Positions 9,756 to 19,589 of a DNA stretch of 64,000 nt are shown one piece after another. Both the position numbers and the translations under genes were made by a program. Under the pieces are notes generated by a model. That model did not search any database and was not told the DNA's origin. It saw only the letters and a list, made by a program, of their open reading frames with translations. Origin of the DNA: an uncultured Candidatus Saccharibacteria bacterium (GTDB taxonomy: Bacteria > Patescibacteriota > Minisyncoccia > SW-4-49-11). Location: NCBI GenBank assembly GCA_964633865.1, contig CAZWIJ010000002.1:628-64627 (forward strand), written 5' to 3'. How positions within the stretch are numbered: the first letter of the stretch is position 1; each line of letters starts with the position of its first letter.

Positions 9756-11486
9756 ATGATTGCACTGTACAGGAAATATCGTCCCCAAAACTTCAATCAA
9801 ATTTTTGGACAAAATGACACAAAAATAACCCTACAAAATGCTATCCTAACTAATAGAACAGTGCATTCCTATCTTTTCTCTGGTCCAAGAGGAACTGGTA
9901 AAACTACCATGGCAAGAGTATTTGCTAAATCTCTTAATTGTGAGAATAGAAAATTTGATGAATTTGAACCTTGTAATAAATGTTATGCCTGTAATTCTAT
10001 TAATGATAATTCTTTTGTTGATCTAATTGAGATTGATGCTGCTTCTAATCGTAAAATTGAAGATATAAGAAATCTACAAGAACTGATTCGTTTTGCTCCA
10101 AGAAAATCTAATGGCTATAAAATTTTTATCTTAGATGAAGCTCATATGCTCACTAAGGAAGCTGCTAATGCTTTCCTAAAAACTCTTGAAGAACCGCCAC
10201 ACAATGTTATTTTCATCCTAGCGACAACCGATCCCCAAAAAATGATACCGACTATTCTATCTAGAGTTCAACAGTTTAACTTTACTCCCCTATCCGCAAA
10301 TGATCTTTATCAAAAACTATCTTACATATTGGAGCAAGAAAAAGTGACTTTAGATAAACAAATTCTAAATCAAATTATAAACCTTTCAATGGGAGGTGCC
10401 AGAGATGCTGAGAGTATCTTGGGAAAAATTCTTTCTTATAAATCTGAGTCTATATCAACTGAAATAGCAGAAATGATTATAGGGAAAAACACATATCAAG
10501 CTAGTCTAGATATTCTAAACTTTATTTCATCTGATAAAATAACAGAAGCTCTGCAATTTATTAATTCTTTATCAGATTCAGGATATGATATAAATGACCT
10601 TAATAATAATCTAATCAGAAATACACATACTCTATTTTTATTAAGTATCTCAACTAATTTAATTAATACAAACTCTTTATTAGAAGATGATAAGAATTTA
10701 TTAATCAATTTATCACAAAAAAAAGATACCAAATTTTGGTCTTCCCTATTAAATTCTCTTGAGTCAAGAAAAGAATTCATCCCAAAATCTTATCTTCCTC
10801 AAATTCCAATAGAAATTGCTATTGCAGAAAATACATTATACAAATCTGATTCCATAATTATAGTTAATCCTGAACTTATCAAAGAGACATCAGAAACTAA
10901 ATCAAATCCCCAAATAATACCAAATCAAAACTTGAGTCTTCCCAAGAAACCAATTATAGAAGAAAAACCTACTCCCATAATTCCAAAGCCAGATTTAATA
11001 CCAAAGACTTCCAAAGGTTATGATAATCCTTTTAGAGCTAAAGATTTCAAACCAAAACCCAATATAGAAGTGGTACAAGAAGAGAATCAAGAGATAGATA
11101 TTTATTTTATAAAACAAAAATTTAATGATGTAAAACAAGTTTTAAATAGAAAATTCAAAACTTTTATTCCGATCATCAAAGTAGCTGAACCTATTAAATA
11201 CTTAGACAATACTCTTACTGTCTCACTACCTACTGTATTCTATAAAAATAGATTAGCAAAATTAGCTCCAGAGATTGAGCTAGTTCTAAAAGATATTTTT
11301 AATCAAGAGATAAAAGTAGATTGTATTATTGAAACAAATCCTAACTCCACGATTGAAACAAGTCTACCTATAGAAAATATTCAAGATAAAAGTCAAATAA
11401 TTGATCTTGTAGATTTAGAAGAGAATCAAGAGAAAAAAATTGTCTCCGTAGAAGATATAAAAGAAGAATTTAAAGATTTTTTATAA
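9756..11486 (+). CDS. dnaX: DNA polymerase III subunit gamma/tau
   Basis: LYRKYRP, GPRGTGKTT, Zn cysteines, EIDAAS, DEAHML, LKTLEEPP. Confidence 0.96.
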   Translation: MIALYRKYRPQNFNQIFGQNDTKITLQNAILTNRTVHSYLFSGPRGTGKTTMARVFAKSLNCENRKFDEFEPCNKCYACNSINDNSFVDLIEIDAASNRKIEDIRNLQELIRFAPRKSNGYKIFILDEAHMLTKEAANAFLKTLEEPPHNVIFILATTDPQKMIPTILSRVQQFNFTPLSANDLYQKLSYILEQEKVTLDKQILNQIINLSMGGARDAESILGKILSYKSESISTEIAEMIIGKNTYQASLDILNFISSDKITEALQFINSLSDSGYDINDLNNNLIRNTHTLFLLSISTNLINTNSLLEDDKNLLINLSQKKDTKFWSSLLNSLESRKEFIPKSYLPQIPIEIAIAENTLYKSDSIIIVNPELIKETSETKSNPQIIPNQNLSLPKKPIIEEKPTPIIPKPDLIPKTSKGYDNPFRAKDFKPKPNIEVVQEENQEIDIYFIKQKFNDVKQVLNRKFKTFIPIIKVAEPIKYLDNTLTVSLPTVFYKNRLAKLAPEIELVLKDIFNQEIKVDCIIETNPNSTIETSLPIENIQDKSQIIDLVDLEENQEKKIVSVEDIKEEFKDFL

Positions 11487-11501
11487 AATAATCCCCTTAA
11501 T

Positions 11502-12044
11502 ATGAATTTACCTAAATATTTTGCCACTTCGAATTACAATAAATTAAAGGAGTTTAATCAAATTTTAAACACAGATTTATTACAAATTGATATTGATTTA
11601 CTAGAACCTCAAAGTTTAGATTTGATAGAAATAGCTAAAATAAAATCCAAAGATGCTTATACAAAGACAAATAAAGTTGTTTTGATCGAAGATACCAGTT
11701 TAGAATTTTTAGCTTGGGGCAAATTACCTGGGACACTCATCAAATGGTTCTCAAATTCACTTTCTAATCAGGATTTAATTAATATGCTAATTAGTTTTGA
11801 GGATAAAAGAGCTATTGCAAAAACTATTGTATCATTTTTTGATGGTGATAAATTTTATTATGCTATTGGAGAAATAGAAGGATCTATATCTTCTACTCCC
11901 AAAGGTTCAAATGGATTCGGTTGGGACTCAATATTTATACCAAATAGTAGTTCAAAAACTTTTGCTCAGATGGAATCACAAGAGAAAAATTTATTTTCTA
12001 TGAGAAAATTAGCTTTGGAAGAGTTAAAAAAGAAATTGAGTTAA
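11502..12044 (+). CDS. rdgB: Non-canonical purine NTP pyrophosphatase (Ham1/RdgB)
   Basis: ATSNYNKLKE, EDTSL, LPG, GFGWDSIF. Confidence 0.9.
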   Translation: MNLPKYFATSNYNKLKEFNQILNTDLLQIDIDLLEPQSLDLIEIAKIKSKDAYTKTNKVVLIEDTSLEFLAWGKLPGTLIKWFSNSLSNQDLINMLISFEDKRAIAKTIVSFFDGDKFYYAIGEIEGSISSTPKGSNGFGWDSIFIPNSSSKTFAQMESQEKNLFSMRKLALEELKKKLS

Positions 12045-12085
12045 ACCTGAACTTTTAGAAATATCTATTTTCTATTTAGTAAATC

Positions 12086-12117
12086 AAAAAAAGAGGGTGT
12101 TGTATTACCCCCTTTTT
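12086..12117. terminator. Bidirectional terminator at convergence point
   Basis: A-run GAGGGT...ACCCCC T-run. Confidence 0.55.
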
Positions 12118-12143
12118 AGTTTATTAACACTTATATTCTAAGC

Positions 12144-12767
12144 TTATTTCAAGACTCCTCCCCATTCCACAACTGTAAATCCTTTTCTTTCAGGAGTTTT
12201 AATTTTATAGCCTTCAACCTCAATTGGTTTATCTAGTGGTATATAATCCATCAAAACTCTAATTGTAGTATCTGGTTTTGGATTAATTTCTAATGGAGCA
12301 ATAGAATCCATTTCTTTATTTCCAAGAAAAGTAACAAAATAATAAGGTTTTTCTTGCATTTTTGGCTCCCAAAATTCTAAGAAATCCGCTATCTCTTTTT
12401 GATTTAGACCTAATTCAGTCAATTTATCGGTTAAGAATTTATTCAAGTTTTTGGTTTCTGTAATAAATCCTCTTTTAGGAGTCTTATAAATCCCCCCTCT
12501 TCCTTCCCAGAATAGGTATGGATATTTTTTATTAGAGCTAATCTCAGTCAATTCTCCTTTTGGTGTAGCCATAACTTTCCAACCATCATTATATTCAGGT
12601 TCTGTAAAGGTAAATCCTCCTTTTGGATAAACTTTAACATCAATTTTAGAAGTTTTTTCTGGGTACAAATAAATCACTGGTTTTCCACATTCGGCTGCTG
12701 GGATAAATTCCATACTAGTAAATTTGATTATTCTATCAAATGGATCAATATTTTTATCATTTCCCAT
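12144..12767 (-). CDS. Conserved hypothetical protein (KPVIYLYP family), probably an N-terminally truncated form
   Basis: CGKPVIYLYP, YPYLFWEG, RKGFTVVEWGG; no signal peptide. Confidence 0.7.
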   Translation of the reverse strand: MGNDKNIDPFDRIIKFTSMEFIPAAECGKPVIYLYPEKTSKIDVKVYPKGGFTFTEPEYNDGWKVMATPKGELTEISSNKKYPYLFWEGRGGIYKTPKRGFITETKNLNKFLTDKLTELGLNQKEIADFLEFWEPKMQEKPYYFVTFLGNKEMDSIAPLEINPKPDTTIRVLMDYIPLDKPIEVEGYKIKTPERKGFTVVEWGGVLK

Positions 12768-12860
12768 ATTCTATAAATTTTAGTTATATTTTTATAAGTA
12801 CATTTATATTATATCACTTATTTCTAAAAATATAATAAAGTTATCAACAAGAGGTATAAT

Positions 12861-14651
12861 TTATAAAGTTAACTCAAACTCTTTTATACCCTCCAAATCT
12901 TGTAGCAACTTTTCTTCATTGAGTTTATCCATATAATCTACTTGCAGATTTTTACTTTGGAGTACTGTTAGATGATATTTTATCTGATTATTATCTATAG
13001 TAATTTCTAAACTCAAACCTTGCTGGGTATCTGAAGAAAAAGTCTGATCAAAAATAAAATTACCTAAAGAATAAAAAATAGCTTTTCCATTGTAAATTTC
13101 AATTGGCTGTATCACATGAGGATGATGTCCAATCACAATATCAGCTCCTGCATCTATAAATTGATGAGCTTTTGATTGTTGAGAATTTGAGAAAACTTTT
13201 TTATATTCTATTCCCCAATGTGGATTTACAATAATAAGGTCTGTTTTGTCTGACAAATTCTTTATCTCTGCCAAAATTGGTGCCAAATCTGGATTACTAA
13301 ATTCATGATATCCCACAAAACCTATCTTATAACCTTTAATTTCTTTTATTAAACTTAAATCTTGATTCAAAGGATCTCCAAAATATTCTATTTGATTTTG
13401 GCTTAAATATTCTCTAGATTGAGCTAAGCCTTCTTTCCCAAAATTGAGTGAATGGTTATTAGCAAGTCCAAACAATCCAAAGTTTAATTCCTTTAGAGTT
13501 GGGACAATTTTAGGATCAAAAGTAAAAGACATATTATTTGGAGCAAGAGCTTTGGGTTTATAATCAGTAAAAGATCCTTCCAAATTAGCAATAACCAGAT
13601 CTTTTTCCAACAATTTTTCTTTTAGATTCACAAAAGAATATTCTACTCCTTTTTGATTAATAATTTGCCTAACATATCTATCCAACATCATATCTCCAAA
13701 AAACCATAAGTTGACTTTGTCTCGACTTTGTTTTGTTGGCTCACCTTTACTAAAATAACCTACAAGATAGCTGACAACTTCTTCTAAATCTGGATTGTTT
13801 AGTATTTTGGTAGAATTTGTATTTTTCAGTAATTCAAACTTTTTATATCCAACTTTTTCCAATATTTCCATATTAATTTTCAATGTTTTTGGAGAATCCA
13901 CATCCACTTCGGAGAAATTAGCATAGTCAAATTTTTGGATAATATTTAGACTTTTCTCGTCATTTCGATCACATAAATCACTGTCTGTATTGTGACAAAA
14001 ATCTAGCGAAGCCACAAAAAGATATTTTTCTGGTAAATTATCTGATAAAGTCTCAATAAAATTTTGTAAATCTGATTCTCTTGTTATGTCTTTGGTGATA
14101 ATGGGTAGAATCTTAGCATTAGGTAGATTTCGCTTGATAAATGGAACAATTCCAGAAATTCCATGCTCATTCAAAAAAGGCTTCTCGTCTATATTAATTA
14201 CTTGATCTCTTTTTAATAAATTAATCATATCCAAATCTGGTTCCAAAGTTCCATAGGGAGTTTTCCAACTATATTCAGAAGTTATCAAGCCCCCACTACC
14301 AGCTCCAAAATGATTTGGACTCATCAAAAACACTGTTAGCTCTTCATTAGTTTTCACTTGATTAAAATTTTCTGCTATAAGGTTTTTAGCAATCAAATGA
14401 TGAGGAACGATAATGGCTTTAATATCTTTTTTCTCTGTTGGCACTGATAAATTTTGGAAAGCTTCTTCAAAAAAATTTTTATCTTTAAGATAAGAATAAT
14501 GAATATTTGGATTTTCTGTACTTATAACAGACCCTAGTTGAACTAAATTATCTTTGTTATTTATTGTTTGATTTTTATTCCAAAGGTACACAACACTGAA
14601 ACTTAGAGCAGATATTAGTAGCAATATTATATATTTTAATTTTGTTTGCAT
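12861..14651 (-). CDS. MEMO1 (AmmeMemoRadiSam protein B)-like domain fused to CapA/PGA_cap metallophosphatase domain, N-terminal TM
   Basis: IVPHH, SPNH, EHGI, ASLDFCH; then GDMML, NLEG, LANNHSLNFG, HWGIEY, GHHPHV, YSLGNFIFDQ. Confidence 0.88.
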   Translation of the reverse strand: MQTKLKYIILLLISALSFSVVYLWNKNQTINNKDNLVQLGSVISTENPNIHYSYLKDKNFFEEAFQNLSVPTEKKDIKAIIVPHHLIAKNLIAENFNQVKTNEELTVFLMSPNHFGAGSGGLITSEYSWKTPYGTLEPDLDMINLLKRDQVINIDEKPFLNEHGISGIVPFIKRNLPNAKILPIITKDITRESDLQNFIETLSDNLPEKYLFVASLDFCHNTDSDLCDRNDEKSLNIIQKFDYANFSEVDVDSPKTLKINMEILEKVGYKKFELLKNTNSTKILNNPDLEEVVSYLVGYFSKGEPTKQSRDKVNLWFFGDMMLDRYVRQIINQKGVEYSFVNLKEKLLEKDLVIANLEGSFTDYKPKALAPNNMSFTFDPKIVPTLKELNFGLFGLANNHSLNFGKEGLAQSREYLSQNQIEYFGDPLNQDLSLIKEIKGYKIGFVGYHEFSNPDLAPILAEIKNLSDKTDLIIVNPHWGIEYKKVFSNSQQSKAHQFIDAGADIVIGHHPHVIQPIEIYNGKAIFYSLGNFIFDQTFSSDTQQGLSLEITIDNNQIKYHLTVLQSKNLQVDYMDKLNEEKLLQDLEGIKEFELTL

Positions 14652-14687
14652 AGATTTATTTTAGTATCTTATAAAAATATTTTTTTA

Positions 14688-17600
14688 TCAACCTAAAATT
14701 TTTCCACCTAATACTCTTTCTACTTCTTTTATATCAGTAATTCCTTTTAAAACAGCCATTATTCCAGCCATTTCTAAAGTTATCATACCTTCTTTAATTG
14801 CAATATCTTTTAATTCCTGAACATTTGTCATCTTTGGGATTAGTTTTTTTATTTCATCAGATATCACAAATATTTCGTAGATAGCTTGGATTCCCGAATA
14901 TCCGCTTTGATTTTTAAGAGATGGTGATGATTCATAGATAAAATCTTTCATATGATGACTATATTTTATACCTAATTTTTGTTTCAAAATTTCTTTTTCA
15001 CTATCTGTTAGCATTCTTTTTTGTTTGGTTTGTTCATCTAATTTTCTAATAATTCTTTGGGCTACACTAACATTTACAAAAGTTGCTATTTCTGTGAGCC
15101 CAATACCTAAATCGACTAATCTAAGTATTGCCGATGCTGCATCATTGGTGTGAAGTGTAGATAAAAGCAAATGACCTGTGGCTGCTGCTTGAATTGAAGT
15201 CTCAGCTGTCTCTTTATCTCTAATCTCTCCTATCAAAACAACATTTGGATTTTGTCTCAAAAGAGCACGAAGAGCATTAGAAAAAGTATAACCTGATTCA
15301 TTATTTACTGAAGTTTGAAGTATACCTGACATTTTATACTCAATTGGATCTTCAATGGTAATAATTTTTACACCTGGTTGATTGATTGTGTTTAGAGCTG
15401 CATATAATGTTGTAGATTTACCTGCTCCTGTTGGACCTGTGACTAAGATTAATCCTGTTGTTTTCTTTACTTCTTTTTCTAAAATAGCAAGATTATACTC
15501 ATCCATACCAAGTTCTGTCAAAGTTACTCCTTCAATATCTGATCTTAAGATTCTAAGTACTATAGTCTGTCCATATCCACCAGGAACAATTGAGACCCTA
15601 ACATCAAAATTTTCTTCTCCAAAAATTGTAAATCTTCCCTCTTGAATTTCATTAGCTATATCCAATCTCATTCCTGACATTATTTTTACTTGTCCTAGAA
15701 TCTGAGGATAAACTGATTTGGATAATCTAACAGCTTCCATCAAAACTCCATCTACTCTAAATCTGATTATAAGGTTAGCATTGTCTGGTTCTATATGAAT
15801 ATCTGTAGCTTTAGATTGAACTCCTGTTGCCATTATGATTTGTAATTGTTCGTCAATACTCATATCTTCCTTAATTTGATTAATTGTATCTAAAGTTACA
15901 TTTGTCTCTTTGTATTTCTTTAATCTCACTCCTCGGGATAGAGATGATGTCAAACTAGCTTCATAAAGATCATCTATATAATTTGTATTACCAGCAACTG
16001 ACTCAACTTCTACAAGTGAAGTTTCACCATCTAATGCATGCAAAACTCCATCTTGATAAAGTGTGATCATACCATTTTCGATGGATTTTCTAAAAATTTT
16101 AAATTCTGATTCATTCTTTAAGATTAAATCTGCAATATTCTCTTTCATCTCAAAAAGTTCATAAATTGCAAATCTACCTTTATATCCAATCCCTAAACAT
16201 TCTGGACATCCAACTGGTTTATATAAAGTATCCAAATCTCTTGGAATTGTAAGCCCTGATTTAGGAGAAATAACAGCCAAAGCTTTATTGATTTTTTCTT
16301 TTTCTATTTCATCTGGATGATATTCTTCCTTACAATGAGGACATAATCTTCTTAATAATCTCTGTGCCACAAAAAGATTCATAGCAGACACAACAACATT
16401 CGTATCCACATTAAATTCCTTCAATCTGGTCACAATTCCAATAGAATCATTTGTATGAATAGTAGAAAAAACTAAATGACCTGTAATCGCAGCATTGACA
16501 GCTATATTAGCTGTCTCCTTATCTCTAATCTCACCTACCATAACGACATCTGGATCTTGTCTCATAATAGCACGAAGTCCACTAGCAAAAGTATATCCTC
16601 TTTTTACATCTATTTGAGTTTGATTTACACTTTTAAGCCTATATTCAATTGGATCTTCAATTGTAATTATATTCACATCCGAGTGATTGATATAATTAAG
16701 AAAAGCATAAAGGCTCGTTGTTTTACCTGAACCTGTTGGACCTGAAAGCATTACTAAACCTTGTGGTTTATCTAAATTTCTAATAATTTTATCCAAAAAA
16801 ACATCTCTTATCCCAAAAGTATGCACATCTAATTTTTGCATATCTGGATTTAATAATCTCATAACAATCACCTCTCCATTTTTACCTGGAAGAATAGATA
16901 CCCTAACATCAATTGTTTTTAGTTTTACTCCATCCTCATCAGTAAGTACAATTGAAAATCTACCATCTTGAGAAGAAGTGGTAATATTAAGCATTAAAGA
17001 GGCTAAATTTTTTATTCTAGCCACAATAGATTTATAAAAAGTTTTATCAAAATTAATTATATCTTGTAAAACTCCGTCCACTCTATATCTCACCAGTGTA
17101 GAGGTTTCTTTTGGCTCTAAGTGAATATCACTTGTACCAGTAGCTAATGCTCCAGCACAAAAAGTTTGCATAAATTCTGAAATATCAGCTCCTTTTAATT
17201 TACTTGCCAAATATCCTAGACTCTCTATATTTTCTTCAAAAGTTGTCACTAACTTTTCTGGAACCAATAAAGTTTCTTTTAGGACTGGGGTTTTATCTTG
17301 AATAAATTTATATGCATCTAAACCTTTTTTTAAGCTCCTAGATGATATTAAATAGATATCCAAATTATATCCTTCTTGATAAAAGTATTGTAATAAATTT
17401 TTAGTTGTAGGATTATTTACATCCAAGAGGGCTATTTTTAGATTCATACCACCTCTTTGGAAAATAAGCATATTTGTAGCTTTAGCTTGCTCAATTGTAA
17501 TCAATTTTAAAGCTTCAGGATTGATTGGAATAAATTTAAGATTCAGATAAGGTATCCCTATTTCTTCTGCTCTTTTTTCTACAGCTAATTCTTCTGCTCT

Positions 17601-17693
17601 TACTTTCATATCAGAAAGAGTGTTAGTAAGATCTTTATCTTGCCTTAATCTTTGATGAAAACTTTTCCTTTCCCTTTCTTTTAGATATGCCAT
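14688..17693 (-). CDS. Tandem double-domain GspE/PulE/PilB-type secretion ATPase
   Basis: Two ATPase domains: SDIHLEP...GPTGSGKTT...EDPIEY...RQDPDVVMVGEIRD...CPHC/CPEC, and TDIHIEP...GPTGAGKST...EDPIEY...RQNPNVVLIGEIRD. Confidence 0.92.
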   Translation of the reverse strand: MAYLKERERKSFHQRLRQDKDLTNTLSDMKVRAEELAVEKRAEEIGIPYLNLKFIPINPEALKLITIEQAKATNMLIFQRGGMNLKIALLDVNNPTTKNLLQYFYQEGYNLDIYLISSRSLKKGLDAYKFIQDKTPVLKETLLVPEKLVTTFEENIESLGYLASKLKGADISEFMQTFCAGALATGTSDIHLEPKETSTLVRYRVDGVLQDIINFDKTFYKSIVARIKNLASLMLNITTSSQDGRFSIVLTDEDGVKLKTIDVRVSILPGKNGEVIVMRLLNPDMQKLDVHTFGIRDVFLDKIIRNLDKPQGLVMLSGPTGSGKTTSLYAFLNYINHSDVNIITIEDPIEYRLKSVNQTQIDVKRGYTFASGLRAIMRQDPDVVMVGEIRDKETANIAVNAAITGHLVFSTIHTNDSIGIVTRLKEFNVDTNVVVSAMNLFVAQRLLRRLCPHCKEEYHPDEIEKEKINKALAVISPKSGLTIPRDLDTLYKPVGCPECLGIGYKGRFAIYELFEMKENIADLILKNESEFKIFRKSIENGMITLYQDGVLHALDGETSLVEVESVAGNTNYIDDLYEASLTSSLSRGVRLKKYKETNVTLDTINQIKEDMSIDEQLQIIMATGVQSKATDIHIEPDNANLIIRFRVDGVLMEAVRLSKSVYPQILGQVKIMSGMRLDIANEIQEGRFTIFGEENFDVRVSIVPGGYGQTIVLRILRSDIEGVTLTELGMDEYNLAILEKEVKKTTGLILVTGPTGAGKSTTLYAALNTINQPGVKIITIEDPIEYKMSGILQTSVNNESGYTFSNALRALLRQNPNVVLIGEIRDKETAETSIQAAATGHLLLSTLHTNDAASAILRLVDLGIGLTEIATFVNVSVAQRIIRKLDEQTKQKRMLTDSEKEILKQKLGIKYSHHMKDFIYESSPSLKNQSGYSGIQAIYEIFVISDEIKKLIPKMTNVQELKDIAIKEGMITLEMAGIMAVLKGITDIKEVERVLGGKILG

Positions 17694-17694
17694 A

Positions 17695-18444
17695 TTATTG
17701 ATTCTTTTTCTTAATTCTGAAGTAAATAAATACTCCTAAACCAATTACTAATAATACTATTCCTAAAATTAATGGCCAAATTGGTGTTTTTGTCTCTTCT
17801 GATTCTTCTACTGAATTTTGATTATTTTGTGTTGAATTTGAATCTTGAAATCTTAGTAAAGTTGTTCCCTCTTGATCTCTTATTATTCCATTATTTGCTT
17901 GTAGTGTTTGTTCTGTTTTGGTGGAGTAGACAATGGGTTTATTTATATTTTCATCATAATAACAATCCATTATACAGCTAAGTTCTGTTTCTCCTTGCTC
18001 ATATTCACAAACATTGTTTTGGTTACAAGTAGCATATGTAGTCAAATCTATGTTCAGTTTTGCTCCTGTAGGGCTAATTATATTCAACTGTTTTGCATGA
18101 GGATAATAAGGTAACTGAATTGTATTTACTCCATTTCTTAAATTTTCTTTTACATAAATTGTCCATTTATAATCTGGTGAAAAACCTTCAAAATTAAGTT
18201 CTAAGTAATTATTGTTATTTCTAAAATTTGGATCATCTTTAAAATAGAATTCATATTCTGACTTTATATTAATTTCAGATACTTTTATATTGTTAATATT
18301 TTTATCCAAAAATAGATTATTATTTTCACTATATATATTAATATGATAATATTGCATAGAACTAGTATCTGCCCTAGATATCCTAAGACCCAATATTAAT
18401 ACTAGAATAAATATTAATTTCAGTAAGTTTTTCATATATTTCAT
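17695..18444 (-). CDS. Secreted, C-terminally membrane-anchored partner protein (paralog of 19590..20345)
   Basis: Signal peptide, Cys motif TCNQNNVCE..GE...C..DC, anchor PIWPLILGIVLL.IGLGVFIYFRIKKK; ATGA overlap with upstream gene. Confidence 0.8.
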   Translation of the reverse strand: MKYMKNLLKLIFILVLILGLRISRADTSSMQYYHINIYSENNNLFLDKNINNIKVSEINIKSEYEFYFKDDPNFRNNNNYLELNFEGFSPDYKWTIYVKENLRNGVNTIQLPYYPHAKQLNIISPTGAKLNIDLTTYATCNQNNVCEYEQGETELSCIMDCYYDENINKPIVYSTKTEQTLQANNGIIRDQEGTTLLRFQDSNSTQNNQNSVEESEETKTPIWPLILGIVLLVIGLGVFIYFRIKKKNQ

Positions 18445-19529
18445 TTACATTTACCACTAACTTCGTCTTCCATCATTTTTTTACAAATAGTATTTGCATC
18501 TGTAGTATTTGTTTTATTATTAGGCTGACTACAACCTTTTATACTAGCCCATTGACAAAGCTTTTCATTTATTTTATTAGCAGGATTATTAAATGCTTCA
18601 CAATCAGTTAATCCTTTAGAATTTAAAAATTTAGCTACTGCCAAGTCTTGATTAGCTGGAGACATATCATAATCCATAGTACCAACTCCCCAGCCACTTC
18701 CTCTTCCTACTGTTGTTCTAGGAACATTTTTTGGAATACCAGCCGCCGCGGCCCATCCTGTCCATGTTGTATCTATCATTTGATATCTACCATAAGCTGT
18801 ACTATTACTTGCTGTTATTTTTCTAGGATGAAAATTTGGTGTATTTTTTATTGTTGAACCACCTACTGCAATATAATACGAATCCGCACTAACATTAGTA
18901 TGCTCATAAAAGTTTATCGTTCTCATAACTGCTTTTACTCCATCTGAAGCTGTTGAATCACTTAACTCTAGACAAGCTACATTTTCAGCTCCTACAGTAC
19001 TACTATTTCCTGTACCTGTTGCACCAGTATTACTTCCACTTACAGCTCCTCCCAAATTAACTTCTCTTGCCAAAAAATATGATGTACTATCACATTTCAC
19101 TCTAAATAAGCTAAAATCTTCTCCTTCTTGCTCAAATTGTAATGCATCAGATTCCGTTCCTCCTCCTCCAAATCCTATATTACTTACTTGAAATCCTAAC
19201 CCTACTAATATAAAATTAAACATTATGAATGCGGATAATGTTAATACTATTCCTAGTATTGCATTCTTAATTATGTCTACTCCTTGCTTATATTTACCTT
19301 GATCTCCTGAGGAGATTACCATATAAAATCCTCCTATTACTATACTTATTACTGCCATTACTCCTAATAATTGAAATAAAAAATTCATTATATCTCTTAC
19401 TAATATAAACATATCACATACTGTACAATCTCTTCCTACTCCACATTGTACCAATCCTCCTTCCGCTCCATACATTATATTGGGGAGCCAAATTAAACTT
19501 AGTATTACTTTTTGTATTATTTTTCTCAT
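18441..19529 (-). CDS. CPR/VirB2-like pilin fused to lambda-R-type lytic transglycosylase (GH104-like)
   Basis: The N-terminal module is GLVQCG...CTVCD plus two TMs. The C-domain carries FYE (catalytic Glu position), VGG, HPRK, STAYGRYQ, SPANQD, WAS, colinear with phage lambda R. Start moved to MRKIIQK by alignment with the paralog. Confidence 0.85.
   Translation of the reverse strand: MRKIIQKVILSLIWLPNIMYGAEGGLVQCGVGRDCTVCDMFILVRDIMNFLFQLLGVMAVISIVIGGFYMVISSGDQGKYKQGVDIIKNAILGIVLTLSAFIMFNFILVGLGFQVSNIGFGGGGTESDALQFEQEGEDFSLFRVKCDSTSYFLAREVNLGGAVSGSNTGATGTGNSSTVGAENVACLELSDSTASDGVKAVMRTINFYEHTNVSADSYYIAVGGSTIKNTPNFHPRKITASNSTAYGRYQMIDTTWTGWAAAAGIPKNVPRTTVGRGSGWGVGTMDYDMSPANQDLAVAKFLNSKGLTDCEAFNNPANKINEKLCQWASIKGCSQPNNKTNTTDANTICKKMMEDEVSGKCK
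19053..19501. repeat. ~450-bp direct repeat, copy 1 (pilin module)
   Basis: Matches 20742..21190 at offset 1689; core 19189..19439 appears identical by eye. Confidence 0.92.
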
Positions 19530-19557
19530 ATAATATTTATAACTTATATTCAATTTA

Positions 19558-19566
19558 ATTATATCA
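19558..19566 (-). promoter_or_regulatory. Extended -10 promoter of the second pilin-hydrolase unit
   Basis: TGATATAAT about 30 bp upstream of the ATG at 19529. Confidence 0.5.
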
Positions 19567-19589
19567 TAGATTTCCTTCATCTTCATTAT

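Noticed and set aside
9756-11486. Programmed frameshift or slippage in dnaX
   Set aside because: A-rich runs are ubiquitous in this genome and I could not identify a slippery site with a stimulatory hairpin.
18441-19050. Prophage lysis cassette (lambda-R-like endolysin)
   Set aside because: The domain is fused to a pilin and there are no holin, structural or integrase genes nearby.
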